DNA of 63,674 nucleotides, counting the filler, from Octopus bimaculoides (lineage: Eukaryota): NCBI RefSeq assembly GCF_001194135.2. It is 11 parts of 9 records of this genome, joined end to end, with 100 filler letters (N's around TTAATTAATTAA, not from the genome) between each part and the next. Parts side by side here need not be neighbours in the genome. Positions count along the whole stretch, not along the records: positions 1 to 4,472 come from NW_026374985.1; positions 4,573 to 9,282 come from NC_068987.1; positions 9,383 to 16,748 come from NC_068987.1; 8 more parts are not named here. One strand, written 5' to 3'. The position numbers and the translations under genes are program-made. This document shows, in pieces, positions 1 through 10,925 of this stretch. Each line of letters starts with the position of its first letter. Within the stretch, counting starts at the first letter, position 1. The notes under the pieces are model-generated. The model searched no databases, was not told where the DNA came from, and was given only the letters and a program-made list of their open reading frames with translations.

Positions 1-1011
1 CTAAATATATAGAATGTAATCATATTTAAACATTATAGAAACTAAATTATCATACTTAAATGTTGTAGAAACTAATTGTATAGTATGTAATCGTATTTAA
101 AGATTATAGAAACTAAATTATCATACTTAAATGTTGTAGAAACTAAATATATAGTATGTAATCATATTTAAACATTGTAGACACTAAATTATCAGACTTA
201 AATAAAGCATAAAAGACAATGGATATAAAAAGAAAAAAAATTCTATTCTTTGCCTACATTGTTGCAGCCATAATAGTAATTATTCACCGGCTTCAATCAG
301 AGAGGGTCGATTCTGGAATGGCTTTACATACATCGATTTGTAAACACTCAATCAGTAAAGAAACCATTCTTGGTTTGTTTCTTCTTCTCCAGAAACCAAG
401 CAGTTACTCTGGAGGACTGGATAAAGAAGTTAGCTTCAAATTGATAAGTTCCTGGCTCTGAATATAAGAAAATACAAGACGATGACAATATTAATGTGCC
501 AATAAATAGTGAAAAAACAATGTGTTTGTTATTATTTATACATATATTTCACTTACTAACAGGAAGTAATCATACTTAGAAACTAAATTATCATACTTAA
601 ATGTTGTAGAAACTAAATTATGATACTTAAATGTTGTAGAACCTAAATATATAGAATGTAATCTTATTTAAACATAGAAACTAAATTATCATACTTAAAC
701 GTAGAAACTAAATATATAGTATGTAATCATATTTAAACATTGTAGAAACTAAATATATAGTATGTAATCATATTTAAACATTGTAGACACTAAATTATCA
801 TACTTAAATGTTGTAGAAACTAAATTATGATACCTAAATGTTGTAGAAACTAAATATATAGTATGTAATCATATTTAAACATTGTAGACACTAAATTATC
901 ATACTTAAATGTTGTAGAATCTAAATTATACCTAAATGTTGTACAAACTAAATTATCATACTTAAATGTTGTAGAACCTAAATATATAGTATGTAATCAT
1001 ATTTAAACATT
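1..1011. repeat. AT-rich minisatellite built from two related units (~30 bp TAGAAACTAAATTATCATACTTAAATGTTG and ~41 bp TAGAAACTAAATATATAGTATGTAATCATATTTAAACATTG), interrupted by unique sequence ~212-575
   Basis: Units read directly from the sequence. Confidence 0.9.
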
Positions 1012-1695
1012 TGTAGTAACGCTGTGAGCATGCGTAGTCTCACGCATGCGTGGAATTCAACAACCAAGCGTTCCCGCTTCTATTCTGTCTCTTTCTTGCT
1101 GGCCAGCGATTGAGCATGGACGTGTTTAGCTGTCTCTCTCCATCTTTCGAACTTACGCTTGATAGCTCGCTTACATCTACATACCAACGTCCCAACAACA
1201 ATGCTCACACACACAGAAGCTGTAACAACAAACAAGAGCTAAAGATGTATATATTTACCACCTGAATAAATGTTGTTTAAGTTAATAGTCTGGAGTTCAG
1301 CGTTCCGTTTAATTTCTTATATTATATAGGAATGTCAAGTATACATCTAATGATGTATAACCCACTTTCCTATAAAGTGGTGACCCCCGACGTGATTCGA
1401 ACACGCAGCCCGCTGAGCTGCAATAACCCACTTTCCTATAAAGTGGTGACCCCGACGAAGAAAAACGCCGCATGGATTCTGGACTACCAACCTATAACTG
1501 GTGAACCTGACTAAAGAACAAATGCGGCCATGGAGACTGAACTACTAACCAGCATTATCGTCATGACCAACACGATTCTACGATTACTACGCCACCAACA
1601 TCTCCAACCATAGTCAACACAACTAGTGATAAGCTCTGCCAAACATACGCCTCACTTCTTTCACATACAGACTCATACTATTGTGTACTCAAGAA
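1012..1695 (+). mobile_element. Gypsy-type LTR retrotransposon 5' end: LTR (~1012-1374), tRNA-Trp primer-binding site (1444-1457) and start of internal region, truncated by an N gap
   Basis: Starts TGTAGTAACG; AATAAA at 1266; TGGTGACCCCGACG is complementary to the tRNA-Trp 3' end. A related element with the same U5/PBS junction lies at 44655-45151. Trp priming is reported for the CsRn1/Kabuki lineage (clade assignment is inference). Confidence 0.75.
1378..1410 (-). pseudogene. 3' fragment of tRNA-Trp including CCA (variable loop, T-arm, acceptor strand)
   Basis: Reverse complement GGCTGCGTGTTCGAATCACGTCGGGGGTCACCA matches the recalled metazoan tRNA-Trp(CCA) 3' half plus CCA, with one extra G. 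The 5' half is absent. Confidence 0.8.
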
Positions 1696-4472
1696 NNNNN
1701 NNNNNNNNNNNNNNNNNNNNNNNNNNNNNNNNNNNNNNNNNNNNNNNNNNNNNNNNNNNNNNNNNNNNNNNNNNNNNNNNNNNNNNNNNNNNNNNNNNNN
1801 NNNNNNNNNNNNNNNNNNNNNNNNNNNNNNNNNNNNNNNNNNNNNNNNNNNNNNNNNNNNNNNNNNNNNNNNNNNNNNNNNNNNNNNNNNNNNNNNNNNN
1901 NNNNNNNNNNNNNNNNNNNNNNNNNNNNNNNNNNNNNNNNNNNNNNNNNNNNNNNNNNNNNNNNNNNNNNNNNNNNNNNNNNNNNNNNNNNNNNNNNNNN
2001 NNNNNNNNNNNNNNNNNNNNNNNNNNNNNNNNNNNNNNNNNNNNNNNNNNNNNNNNNNNNNNNNNNNNNNNNNNNNNNNNNNNNNNNNNNNNNNNNNNNN
2101 NNNNNNNNNNNNNNNNNNNNNNNNNNNNNNNNNNNNNNNNNNNNNNNNNNNNNNNNNNNNNNNNNNNNNNNNNNNNNNNNNNNNNNNNNNNNNNNNNNNN
2201 NNNNNNNNNNNNNNNNNNNNNNNNNNNNNNNNNNNNNNNNNNNNNNNNNNNNNNNNNNNNNNNNNNNNNNNNNNNNNNNNNNNNNNNNNNNNNNNNNNNN
2301 NNNNNNNNNNNNNNNNNNNNNNNNNNNNNNNNNNNNNNNNNNNNNNNNNNNNNNNNNNNNNNNNNNNNNNNNNNNNNNNNNNNNNNNNNNNNNNNNNNNN
2401 NNNNNNNNNNNNNNNNNNNNNNNNNNNNNNNNNNNNNNNNNNNNNNNNAATATGAACAGATAAGCACACATACACACACAGACATACACAAATGAAGACT
2501 GTAACACATGACCATATACACACACACTTCCCTTCACACGAGGACACATATGGAGACACACGTCCATACATACAAACACAGTACATAGTCGCAAAAGACC
2601 CATACACACAGACACAGATGCACTCAGACATGCACACACAAAGAGACAGAGGTACACACACACACACACACACATACATACACATAAAAACACACAAACA
2701 CAAACACATGAATATGCAGAATACATACATACAAATGTACACACACACACATAGCACACAAACACATGAATATGCAGAACACATACATACAAACGTACAC
2801 ACATACATATATACATACGCACATACACACACACACATATACATACATGCATACACACACACACATATACAAACGTGTATGCGCACACACACTGACTCAC
2901 ATACACATGCACACACAATGCCCCACACAAACAAAAAGAATGCAGCTCGGATAACGGACAGAGTCAACGACTATTGAAAAGGTTGCAAGACACAATGAAA
3001 ATTTTAGAAAAATAAATAAGTAAATGAGTGGAAATCAGACCAGTGAGTGTGTTAAATTAATAAGGCACTAAAAGAGAATGACTCTCTCCAGACACAACAA
3101 AATATACTTAAAGCAGATATATTTTATATTCTAGAAAGCCTGTTAAACAGTAGTTTTAGTCTTGAGAAAGTATCTCTTATAGACATAGTGTGTTACACTA
3201 TACGTTTATAAGAGATGCTTTCTTGAAACAGATACTGCAGCTTAACAGNNNNNNNNNNNNNNNNNNNNNNNNNNNNNNNNNNNNNNNNNNNNNNNNNNNN
3301 NNNNNNNNNNNNNNNNNNNNNNNNNNNNNNNNNNNNNNNNNNNNNNNNNNNNNNNNNNNNNNNNNNNNNNNNNNNNNNNNNNNNNNNNNNNNNNNNNNNN
3401 NNNNNNNNNNNNNNNNNNNNNNNNNNNNNNNNNNNNNNNNNNNNNNNNNNNNNNNNNNNNNNNNNNNNNNNNNNNNNNNNNNNNNNNNNNNNNNNNNNNN
3501 NNNNNNNNNNNNNNNNNNNNNNNNNNNNNNNNNNNNNNNNNNNNNNNNNNNNNNNNNNNNNNNNNNNNNNNNNNNNNNNNNNNNNNNNNNNNNNNNNNNN
3601 NNNNNNNNNNNNNNNNNNNNNNNNNNNNNNNNNNNNNNNNNNNNNNNNNNNNNNNNNNNNNNNNNNNNNNNNNNNNNNNNNNNNNNNNNNNNNNNNNNNN
3701 NNNNNNNNNNNNNNNNNNNNNNNNNNNNNNNNNNNNNNNNNNNNNNNNNNNNNNNNNNNNNNNNNNNNNNNNNNNNNNNNNNNNNNNNNNNNNNNNNNNN
3801 NNNNNNNNNNNNNGAGCAAATCAACCCCAGGACTTATTCTTTGGAAGCCTAGTACTTATTCTATCGGTTTTCTTTTGCCGAACCGCTAAGTTACAGGGAC
3901 GTGAACACACCAGCATCGGTTGTCAAGCGATGTTGGGGAGACAAACATACACACACACATACATATATATACATATATACGACAGGCTTCTTTCAGTTTC
4001 CGTCTACCAAATCCACTCACAAGGCTTTGGTCGGCCTGAGGCTATAGTAGAAGACACTTGCCCAAGGTGCCACACAGTGGGACTGAACCCGGAACCATGT
4101 GGTTCGTAAGCAAGCTACTTACCACACAGCCACTCCTACATCTGAGAATAAATTTATTAAATTAAATTATATTTCATCCTTGTGTGCGCGCAGAGTATGC
4201 ATCATTCCTCCGATGCCTTTTTTATCATTTCATTGGTTGGCTTTTATGTCTGTTTCTCCATGCTAGCTTCAGTTGAATAAATGTTTTATTGAGACGTTTT
4301 AAAGATGGATGCCTTTCCTGCTACTAACGCTTATCTGTTTTTCAAGGTATATTTTATTTTGCATATCTTTGAAGGTACAAAGCGAGTGGACCAATTATTA
4401 ACAGGAAAAACGTTACCACTTGTAGCTCAATGATTTTCAGACAATATGTAAACACACACTATATATCTATCC

Positions 4473-4572
4473 NNNNNNNNNNNNNNNNNNNNNNNNNNNN
4501 NNNNNNNNNNNNNNNNTTAATTAATTAANNNNNNNNNNNNNNNNNNNNNNNNNNNNNNNNNNNNNNNNNNNN
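4473..4572. other. Assembly join spacer N44-TTAATTAATTAA-N44 (representative of ten)
   Basis: Same 12-mer inside N runs at 4517, 9327, 16793, 37306, 41710, 44382, 47101, 54026, 59744 and 61712; it gives stop codons in all six frames. Confidence 0.95.
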
Positions 4573-4599
4573 ATATATATATATATATATATATACATA

Positions 4600-5085
4600 C
4601 CGTTTAATAATCAGAATGGAGGCAATGCAAGCGGAAACTAGAGGACCATAATTAATAACCACACACAAAATCCAAAATATATGTATATTCTTCTATGTTA
4701 ATAAAATCGATATAAAAATTCCAAATATATAAATATATATAAGTATAAAAATACATATAAATGGATAAACATTGGTATGATATATAAAACACAGTGAATT
4801 TTAAATTTAAAAGTTACAATACATTGGTGTAATAAAAATTTGATATGCTAAAACATTAAAAAGACGTACTAAAATACCACGAAATTATTACAAAGATTTA
4901 AAAGTTCTATCTACGGGCCGTTTCAGAGACGTGCCAAGTAATATGATATATTTCATATTTTAAAAATTTGACACTCCCCTCATCAGGATGTTTACTCAAT
5001 ACAAAATACAAATACAGAAATACAAATTATACAATTACATAACAGCCACTCCTTGAGTGTAAACATCCTGATGAGGAGAGTGTCA
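4600..5085 (-). mobile_element. Probable Penelope-like element terminal (pseudo-LTR) remnant with inverted partial copy
   Basis: Contains the hammerhead fold and a 31-33 bp inverted duplication (4969-4999 / 5053-5085). No coding sequence retained; boundaries approximate. Confidence 0.45.
4909..4989 (-). ncRNA. Candidate minimal type I hammerhead ribozyme
   Basis: Minus strand: ATC-CTGATGA-GGGGAGTGTCA-(32 nt loop)-TGGCAC-G-TCTCT-GAAACGGCCCGT-A-GAT. 3-bp stem I, 11-bp stem II with one bulge and wobbles, short stem III, GUA cleavage triplet. Confidence 0.65.
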
Positions 5086-5904
5086 TTTTTTTTTTATTAT
5101 TTCACAGAAATAGTAGCAGGCTTTGGATTTTTTTTCTCTGCTTTATTTGAACAATTTGGCTGGATACAGCGGGATGTATCCTTGGCTTTTGCATTCCTTC
5201 TGAGACAAACGGCAAGAGCTGTGCCTTCAAAACTGGTAAGATTGATGTAGTTGATCTTGAATATGTGGATGGCTGTAGAAGAAAAAAAAACATGGGCAAG
5301 GGAATTTCATAAGGCTGACAATCTGGTAAGAAAGAATTTAGTGCTTGGTTTGCAGGTGAATTACAACCTATGTGAGCTTCGAACCTTTCGTTACCAGGTG
5401 CTGTAACATGGTTTGTATCCAATATAGTAGTACCAGCACTATTGGGATAATGGCCTAAAATATGAGGTACCAGTGCGATAAAATAGGATAATGCAGCAGC
5501 ATTAAGAACGTAACTATCTCTCAAGAACCAACAATAAATATTCCAAATGAACAAACCAACCCACACTCTCCAACTTCATTATGAAATAACACAACTATAT
5601 ACACTCTCTCGGTTCAGTCCATTCCTCACAAGAGGCTACCTTGACTCTCATCACAATACTGAGAGTATAGGAGGTGACTTGTGGTTACTAACTTTATTCT
5701 TAAGCTGCTTTTACTGCTGGAAACCACATCTGCCTGGTACTGGCATTTATGTGAACAATGTAGACAATAGACAAGTATCAAATACCATAATACATGAATT
5801 CTTTATTTATTAAAATTATCTTCAATTGTAGAAGAAGTATCATAATTACCAAATGGTAATCGATTAGCATATTCAGGCCCACAATACTGTAGACAAGGCC
5901 ATTT

Positions 5905-6233
5905 TGAGCAAAGAAACATGCTTGGAAGAATGGGGGTAGCAGGAGAATATATCAAATAGCCAAAAGGGAAGCTAAGGGACAGGTATATATAGCCAAGGGA
6001 GGAGCAGAAAAGAAGAAGTTTGTCAATGTCCAGCAATGCGAAGACCAAAGACTTGAGGTGTTTCGTGTTGCAAGACATTGCATGAGAGAGAATCGTGATG
6101 TCAGGAGAGAAATGTGTCCGCATGGATGATGGTGCCCTTGCGTTTAATGACCCTGCAAAGAAAGAGGCTTGGAGAAGCCATTATGAAAGACTGCTAAATG
6201 TGGAGAATGAATGGGAGAAAGAGAGTCTGCCAA
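5905..6233 (+). mobile_element. RTE LINE fragment (linker between APE and RT)
   Basis: Similar to 8100-8450 (EDQRLEVFRVARHCMRENRDV-like). Confidence 0.8.
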
Positions 6234-7164
6234 AGGAATTCACCATTTAATTTATTTTTGCCATCAAAGCCTCACTTCTTTCCTCTAGCTCAAAAGCATA
6301 TCTTTGTGTTACCAAGGATTGAACTCATCCCCCTGTGATATGTTAGCCTGTTATGTAATACCATAACAATCTTACAGCAATTGTGTGAGGACTGGGTTAA
6401 TATACTAATAGCATTGTCTAACAATGAATAAGACAAGTGTCTCATTCCACCCACTAAATTTTCAGCCTGTGCAAAATAGCAGTTAAAACCAACTTTTCAT
6501 AGCTGAAAAATGTTTCACCTGTGCAAAAGATCAAAGCTGTCTGCTTGACTGTCAGAGGTCATCTTCTAGCTGGAAGTGAGGTGAGTGAATCAATTGCCAA
6601 ACAGTGTTTATAGGTGAAAAGGTGTTACCTTAAAAAGCATTCAAATTGTGACCACCCTATGTTTTTGTCAGGTAGTATCATGTATTGAGGACTACATTAT
6701 CTTCTATGTCTTCTCCTTCTTTTTAAGATGCATGGTGTAATTTGATAGCCAAATTAAGTTGCTATTTCTAGAGGCCAAACAATCACATAGAGAGAGGCAC
6801 TCTCATTTAGCAAAGTGTTTTGAGATTATATGTTCTTAGTCTTCACCAATTGGTCACACAACTTGCACCAGTATGACCATCAACTCACCCTCTCTCTACA
6901 TTCAGTAATAATGGAAGAAGACATACAAATACACTATTTGCTAACTGCTGTTATAGAAGCCCACCCATTTATATATAGATATCAGATGTCTCCCATGAAC
7001 ACTTCCAAAGGCTTAATGCCATTTCCACCCCCTACTTAGGGTTTATCTCCTATGTAAGGTAGTGATCATGTAGCACATAAAAATGATGGTGTAGTGTATG
7101 CAGGTTGAAGGCTATTGTTTATGAATATTGCTAAACGCGAGCTTTCTTTTCAGGTACATGATGC

Positions 7165-8985
7165 TGCTGAGCCCCATCCCAGGGTCTCACAGACCCACAC
7201 CTCAATGTGGGCACACTGAAAGGTAGGTCTGGTGAGATTCTGGAGATGCTTGAATGGAGCTGCATCCAAGAATTAAGGTGGAGAGGAGGAGGTTCCTCAC
7301 AGACAAAGAACATATGTATAAGATTTTCTGGGCAGGGAACCCTGACGGTGTCGGGGGCATGGGTATACTTCTTGCAGAAAAATTAGTTGATAAGGTAATC
7401 GAGGTAGTCAGATTAGATTAGTGCTGCATCATGTGTTAGCAACCATTATCTCGGCCTATGCTCCTCAGCCGGGGCTACCTGATGGACAGAAGGACTGATT
7501 CTATGACACCCTTTTGCAGACTACCTCATCAACGAATGACTGGGACCCTCTCTCTGTAGTTGGTGACTTCAATGGACATGTTGGACAACATGCAGGGGGC
7601 TTCCATGGCATACATGGAGGCTATGGTTTTGGTTCTCACAATGAGGAAGAAACCAGGCTGCTGGAATTCTGCAATGCAAATGATCTTATGATTTGTAATA
7701 CTAACTTCAGGAAACCTACCAGTCACCTATTCACCTACCGATCTGGTAGACACACTAGTCAAATTGATTACATCCTCACCAGGAAACAGGAAAGATGGCT
7801 ACTTGTAAATGCGAAAACCTTCCCAGGTGAAGAATGCACACCACAACATAGATTAGTAGTTAGCGACTTCAGGATCAGGGCTAAATGGATGCCCAGAAGA
7901 TGACCTGCATGGAGGAGAAGGGTCTGGAAGCTTAAGGATCCTGCAAAAAGAGATTTAGAGACATATTACTCAAAACTGTGGAAGACAACTGGAGGTTTCT
8001 ACGGGACAACCTGTTGAGGGCTAGTGACCAGATCTGTGGATGGTGCAAAGTCTCCTCTCGACCCAAGGTAACATGGTGGTAGACCAATGTTGTTGACAGG
8101 GCCATTAAGGAAAAGAAACAGGTTTGGAAGGACTGGAAGAACAGTGGTAGCAGTGAGTTGTATCAGACTGCCAAAAAGGAAGCTAGGAGACATGTTTCTT
8201 TAGCCAGAGAGGAAGCAGATAAGAAAAAAATTGCCTATGTTCTGAGCCATGAGGACCAAAGACTTGAGGTATTTCATGTTGCAAGACTGTGTATGAGAGA
8301 GAATCGTGATGTCATAGGAGAGAAATGTGTCTGCATAGATGATGATGCACTTGCTTTAAACAAAACTGCAAAGAGAGAGGTTTGGAGACGCCACTATGAA
8401 AGGTTGCTTAATAAAGAGAATGAATGTGAGAAAGAGAGTCTGCTGAATGTCGACCCAACAGAGTGACCAGCTATCCAAATTGACAGTACCTTGGTAGATA
8501 AAGCAATTAAGGATATGAAAACAGGGAAAGCCCCTGGCAGATCAGGAATCACCNNNNNNNNNNNNNNNNNNNNNNNNNNNNNNNNNNNNNNNNNNNNNNN
8601 NNNNNNNNNNNNNGGGGGGGATTACTGCATGGAAAGTTCCGAGGAGGATAGGAAGGGGCGAATTGTTTCCTGGAAAGTTCCGAGGGGAGGGTCTAATTCC
8701 TGGAAAGTTCCAAGGATGGAGAGGAAGTACTTCCTGGAAAGTTCCGAGGAGGGGGAAATTACTTCCTGGAAAGTTCCGATGGGTGATTCACTTCCTGGAA
8801 AGTTCCGAGGGGGAGTTACTTCCTTGAAAGTTATGGAGAGGGTCATAGCCCAACTAATTAGGGAAAGATGCAGTTTGGGTTAGATGAGATGCAGTTTGCT
8901 ATATTTCTGGTAAGACAGCTGCAGGAGAAATACCTAGCCAAAGATAAACCTCTGTACCTGGCTTTCGTTGACATGCAGAAAGCCT
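7165..8985 (+). mobile_element. Degenerate RTE-clade LINE: AP endonuclease, linker and start of RT; interrupted by an N gap and a tandem array at 8614-8833
   Basis: ORF 7514-7903 has APE motifs VVGDFNGHVG, FTYRSG, SQIDYIL, QHRLVV. MKTGKAPG at 8515 starts RT. Multiple stops and frameshifts. Confidence 0.92.
8614..8833. repeat. Tandem array of TTCCTGGAAAGTTCCGAG cores separated by variable G-rich linkers (period 28-40 bp)
   Basis: Cores start at ~8627, 8667, 8697, 8731, 8763, 8792 and 8820 (partial). Confidence 0.9.
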
Positions 8986-9383
8986 ATCCCAAATCAGCAT
9001 CTCGATAGCAAACTCTGTCAGAGAAAGTGCATTACACCGCCAGAACGTGTTGTTGACAAGCAACAGCAGTAATTGTTTTCACCTCAATAGACGTCATTGA
9101 TTGGTTGAAATTACCGAAATACGACAACTTTAACATGAAATAACTTCGAAAATACACAATTTTCTCAAAAACGCCAAGAGTAAATGATGTTTTATGTGAC
9201 ACATTCTACCAGTATACGAATTTTGAAAGTGTTTAGTTACATAAAATTATTTTTTAAATGTGCCGGCCAAAAGGTAAAGGTANNNNNNNNNNNNNNNNNN
9301 NNNNNNNNNNNNNNNNNNNNNNNNNNTTAATTAATTAANNNNNNNNNNNNNNNNNNNNNNNNNNNNNNNNNNNNNNNNNNNNA

Positions 9384-9741
9384 CACCATTTTGAGCGTGG
9401 CCGTTGCCAGTACCGCCTGACTGGCCTTCGTAGGATTTTCGAGCGAGATCGTTGCCAATGCCCCTGGACTGGTTCTTGTGCGGGTGGCACATAAAATACA
9501 CCATTTTGAGCGTGGCCGTTGCCAGTACCGCCTGACTGGCCTTCGTGCAGGTGACACGTAAAAGCAACTACTACATTCTTTGAGTGGTTGGCGTTAGGAA
9601 GAGCATCCAGCTGTAGAAACTCTGCCAAATCAGATTGGAGGCTGGTGTTGCCATCCGGTTTCACCAGTCCTCAGTCAGATCGTCCAACCCATGCTAGCAT
9701 GGAAAGCGGACGTTAAACGATGATGATGATGATGATGATGA
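9384..9741 (+). mobile_element. RTE LINE 3' UTR with (GAT)n tail
   Basis: Ends GCATGGAAAGCGGACGTTAAACGATGATGAT. Same tail at 12377-12463 (+) and ~13905-14170, 37362-37650, 60830-61070 (-); upstream UTR repeats also at 46945-47056. Confidence 0.85.
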
Positions 9742-10038
9742 TATACACACAATAGGCTTCTGTCAGTTTCCATCTATCAGATTTGCTCACAAGGCTTTGT
9801 TCAGTCTGGTCTGTTGCTGAAGACGCTTCCTAAGGTGCTGCACAATGGGACTGAACCCAAGACCACATGATTGGGAAGCAAGCTTCTTAACAACACAGCC
9901 ACATCTGTGCCTATCCACACAGCTATTCCTACATACACAAATACACATTTTTTTTCTTTCTTTTTTAAAACCTTAGTTTATTTACATGTCCAAATTCATT
10001 CCCTGTTTTTCCTTTTTCTTTTATTTGTGCCTCTCCAG

Positions 10039-10164
10039 AGAGCGATGAAGAATTTGAAGAAAACTGTGACTATGGCAAGAAATCTACGAAAAAAAATAAG
10101 AAAACAGCAAAAAATACAAAGACAAAAAAAGATATAAATAGTGTAAATAAGAAGTCAACAACAG
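10039..10164 (+). CDS. RAD51AP1: RAD51-associated protein 1-like, internal coding exon (acidic then Lys-rich: (E)SDEEFEENCDYGKKSTKKNKKTAKNTKTKKDINSVNKKSTT)
   Basis: Long polypyrimidine tract + CAG acceptor (10036-10038), GTATGA donor (10165). Phase 1-1 open frame that splices in frame to the next two exons. Acidic/basic composition matches the central region of RAD51AP1. Confidence 0.85.
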
Positions 10165-10568
10165 GTATGAGTATCATTGTTTCTATGTATTAACACCTCT
10201 GCTATCATTATTATTATTGTTAAGGTGGCAAGTTGGCGGAAACATTAGCATGCTGGGCAAAATGCTTAGCAGTATTTCGTCTGTCTTTATGTTCTGAGTT
10301 CAAATTCCACCGAGGTCGACTTTGCCTTTCATCCTTTCGGGGTTGATAAATTAAGTACCTATTGCATACTGGAGTTGATCTAAAATTTCAGGCCTTGTGC
10401 CTAGAGTAGAAAAGATTATTATTATTATTATTATTATTGTTAAGACAGCAAGCTGGTAGAATCGTAAGCATGCTGGGTGAAATGCTTGAATAAACGGTGG
10501 TAATTATCACTGCTAATATTGATTGAGGTCAGTTAAACTATTTAAAATTTGTTTCATTTCTCTTTCAG

Positions 10569-10850
10569 CAAAACGAAAACAAGCTGTCAATAAATCTCCA
10601 TCATCGTCTAAAAGAGGAAATCCAGACAATAGTAAAAGTACACCTTCGGAACCTTCCAGTTCAGTAGAGTCTCATAAGAGTACGAACACAGATACGACCA
10701 AAGTAGCAACTACATCTGGGAAATCTCAACCCTCAGTGCCTTCGCTTATTTCACTTAAAAAGCCTTTAGTGACACAATCTCAAATATGTAATTTGAGTCC
10801 ATCCTTATCATCAAAGTTACCCATTAAACAGCCGATATGGAATCCTCCTA
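10569..10850 (+). CDS. RAD51AP1: RAD51AP1-like, penultimate coding exon (Ser/Pro/Lys-rich, ends ...KLPIKQPIWNPP)
   Basis: TTTCATTTCTCTTTCAG acceptor, GTAAGT donor at 10851, phase 1-1, 282 bp stop-free (inside ORF 10523-10882). WNPP corresponds to the KWVPP motif of vertebrate RAD51AP1. Confidence 0.9.
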
Positions 10851-10925
10851 GTAAGTTTCCAGTTTTATTCTGTGTAATTTAATGAAGATCAGAGAAGCTG
10901 GCAGCATCTCATAATGGATTTAATA

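Noticed and set aside
219-461. 80-aa ORF and candidate exons on either strand in the unique island
   Set aside because: Acceptor-like sites exist but frames close quickly or lack a good donor; no recognisable domain.
1626-3852. Long ORFs (200-430 aa) in the ORF track here and at 35611-36779, 51101-53468, 58128-58856
   Set aside because: They run through N gaps and (CA/TA)n tracts; no coding signal.
6507-6582. Possible upstream RAD51AP1 exon ending ...LLAGSE/GTGAGT (coordinates approximate)
   Set aside because: Weak acceptor, phase 0-0 incompatible with exon 10039, similarity only 4-5 residues, and on a different contig.
8614-8833. CRISPR array
   Set aside because: Linkers are only ~10-22 nt, G-rich and related to each other; no cas genes; eukaryotic context.
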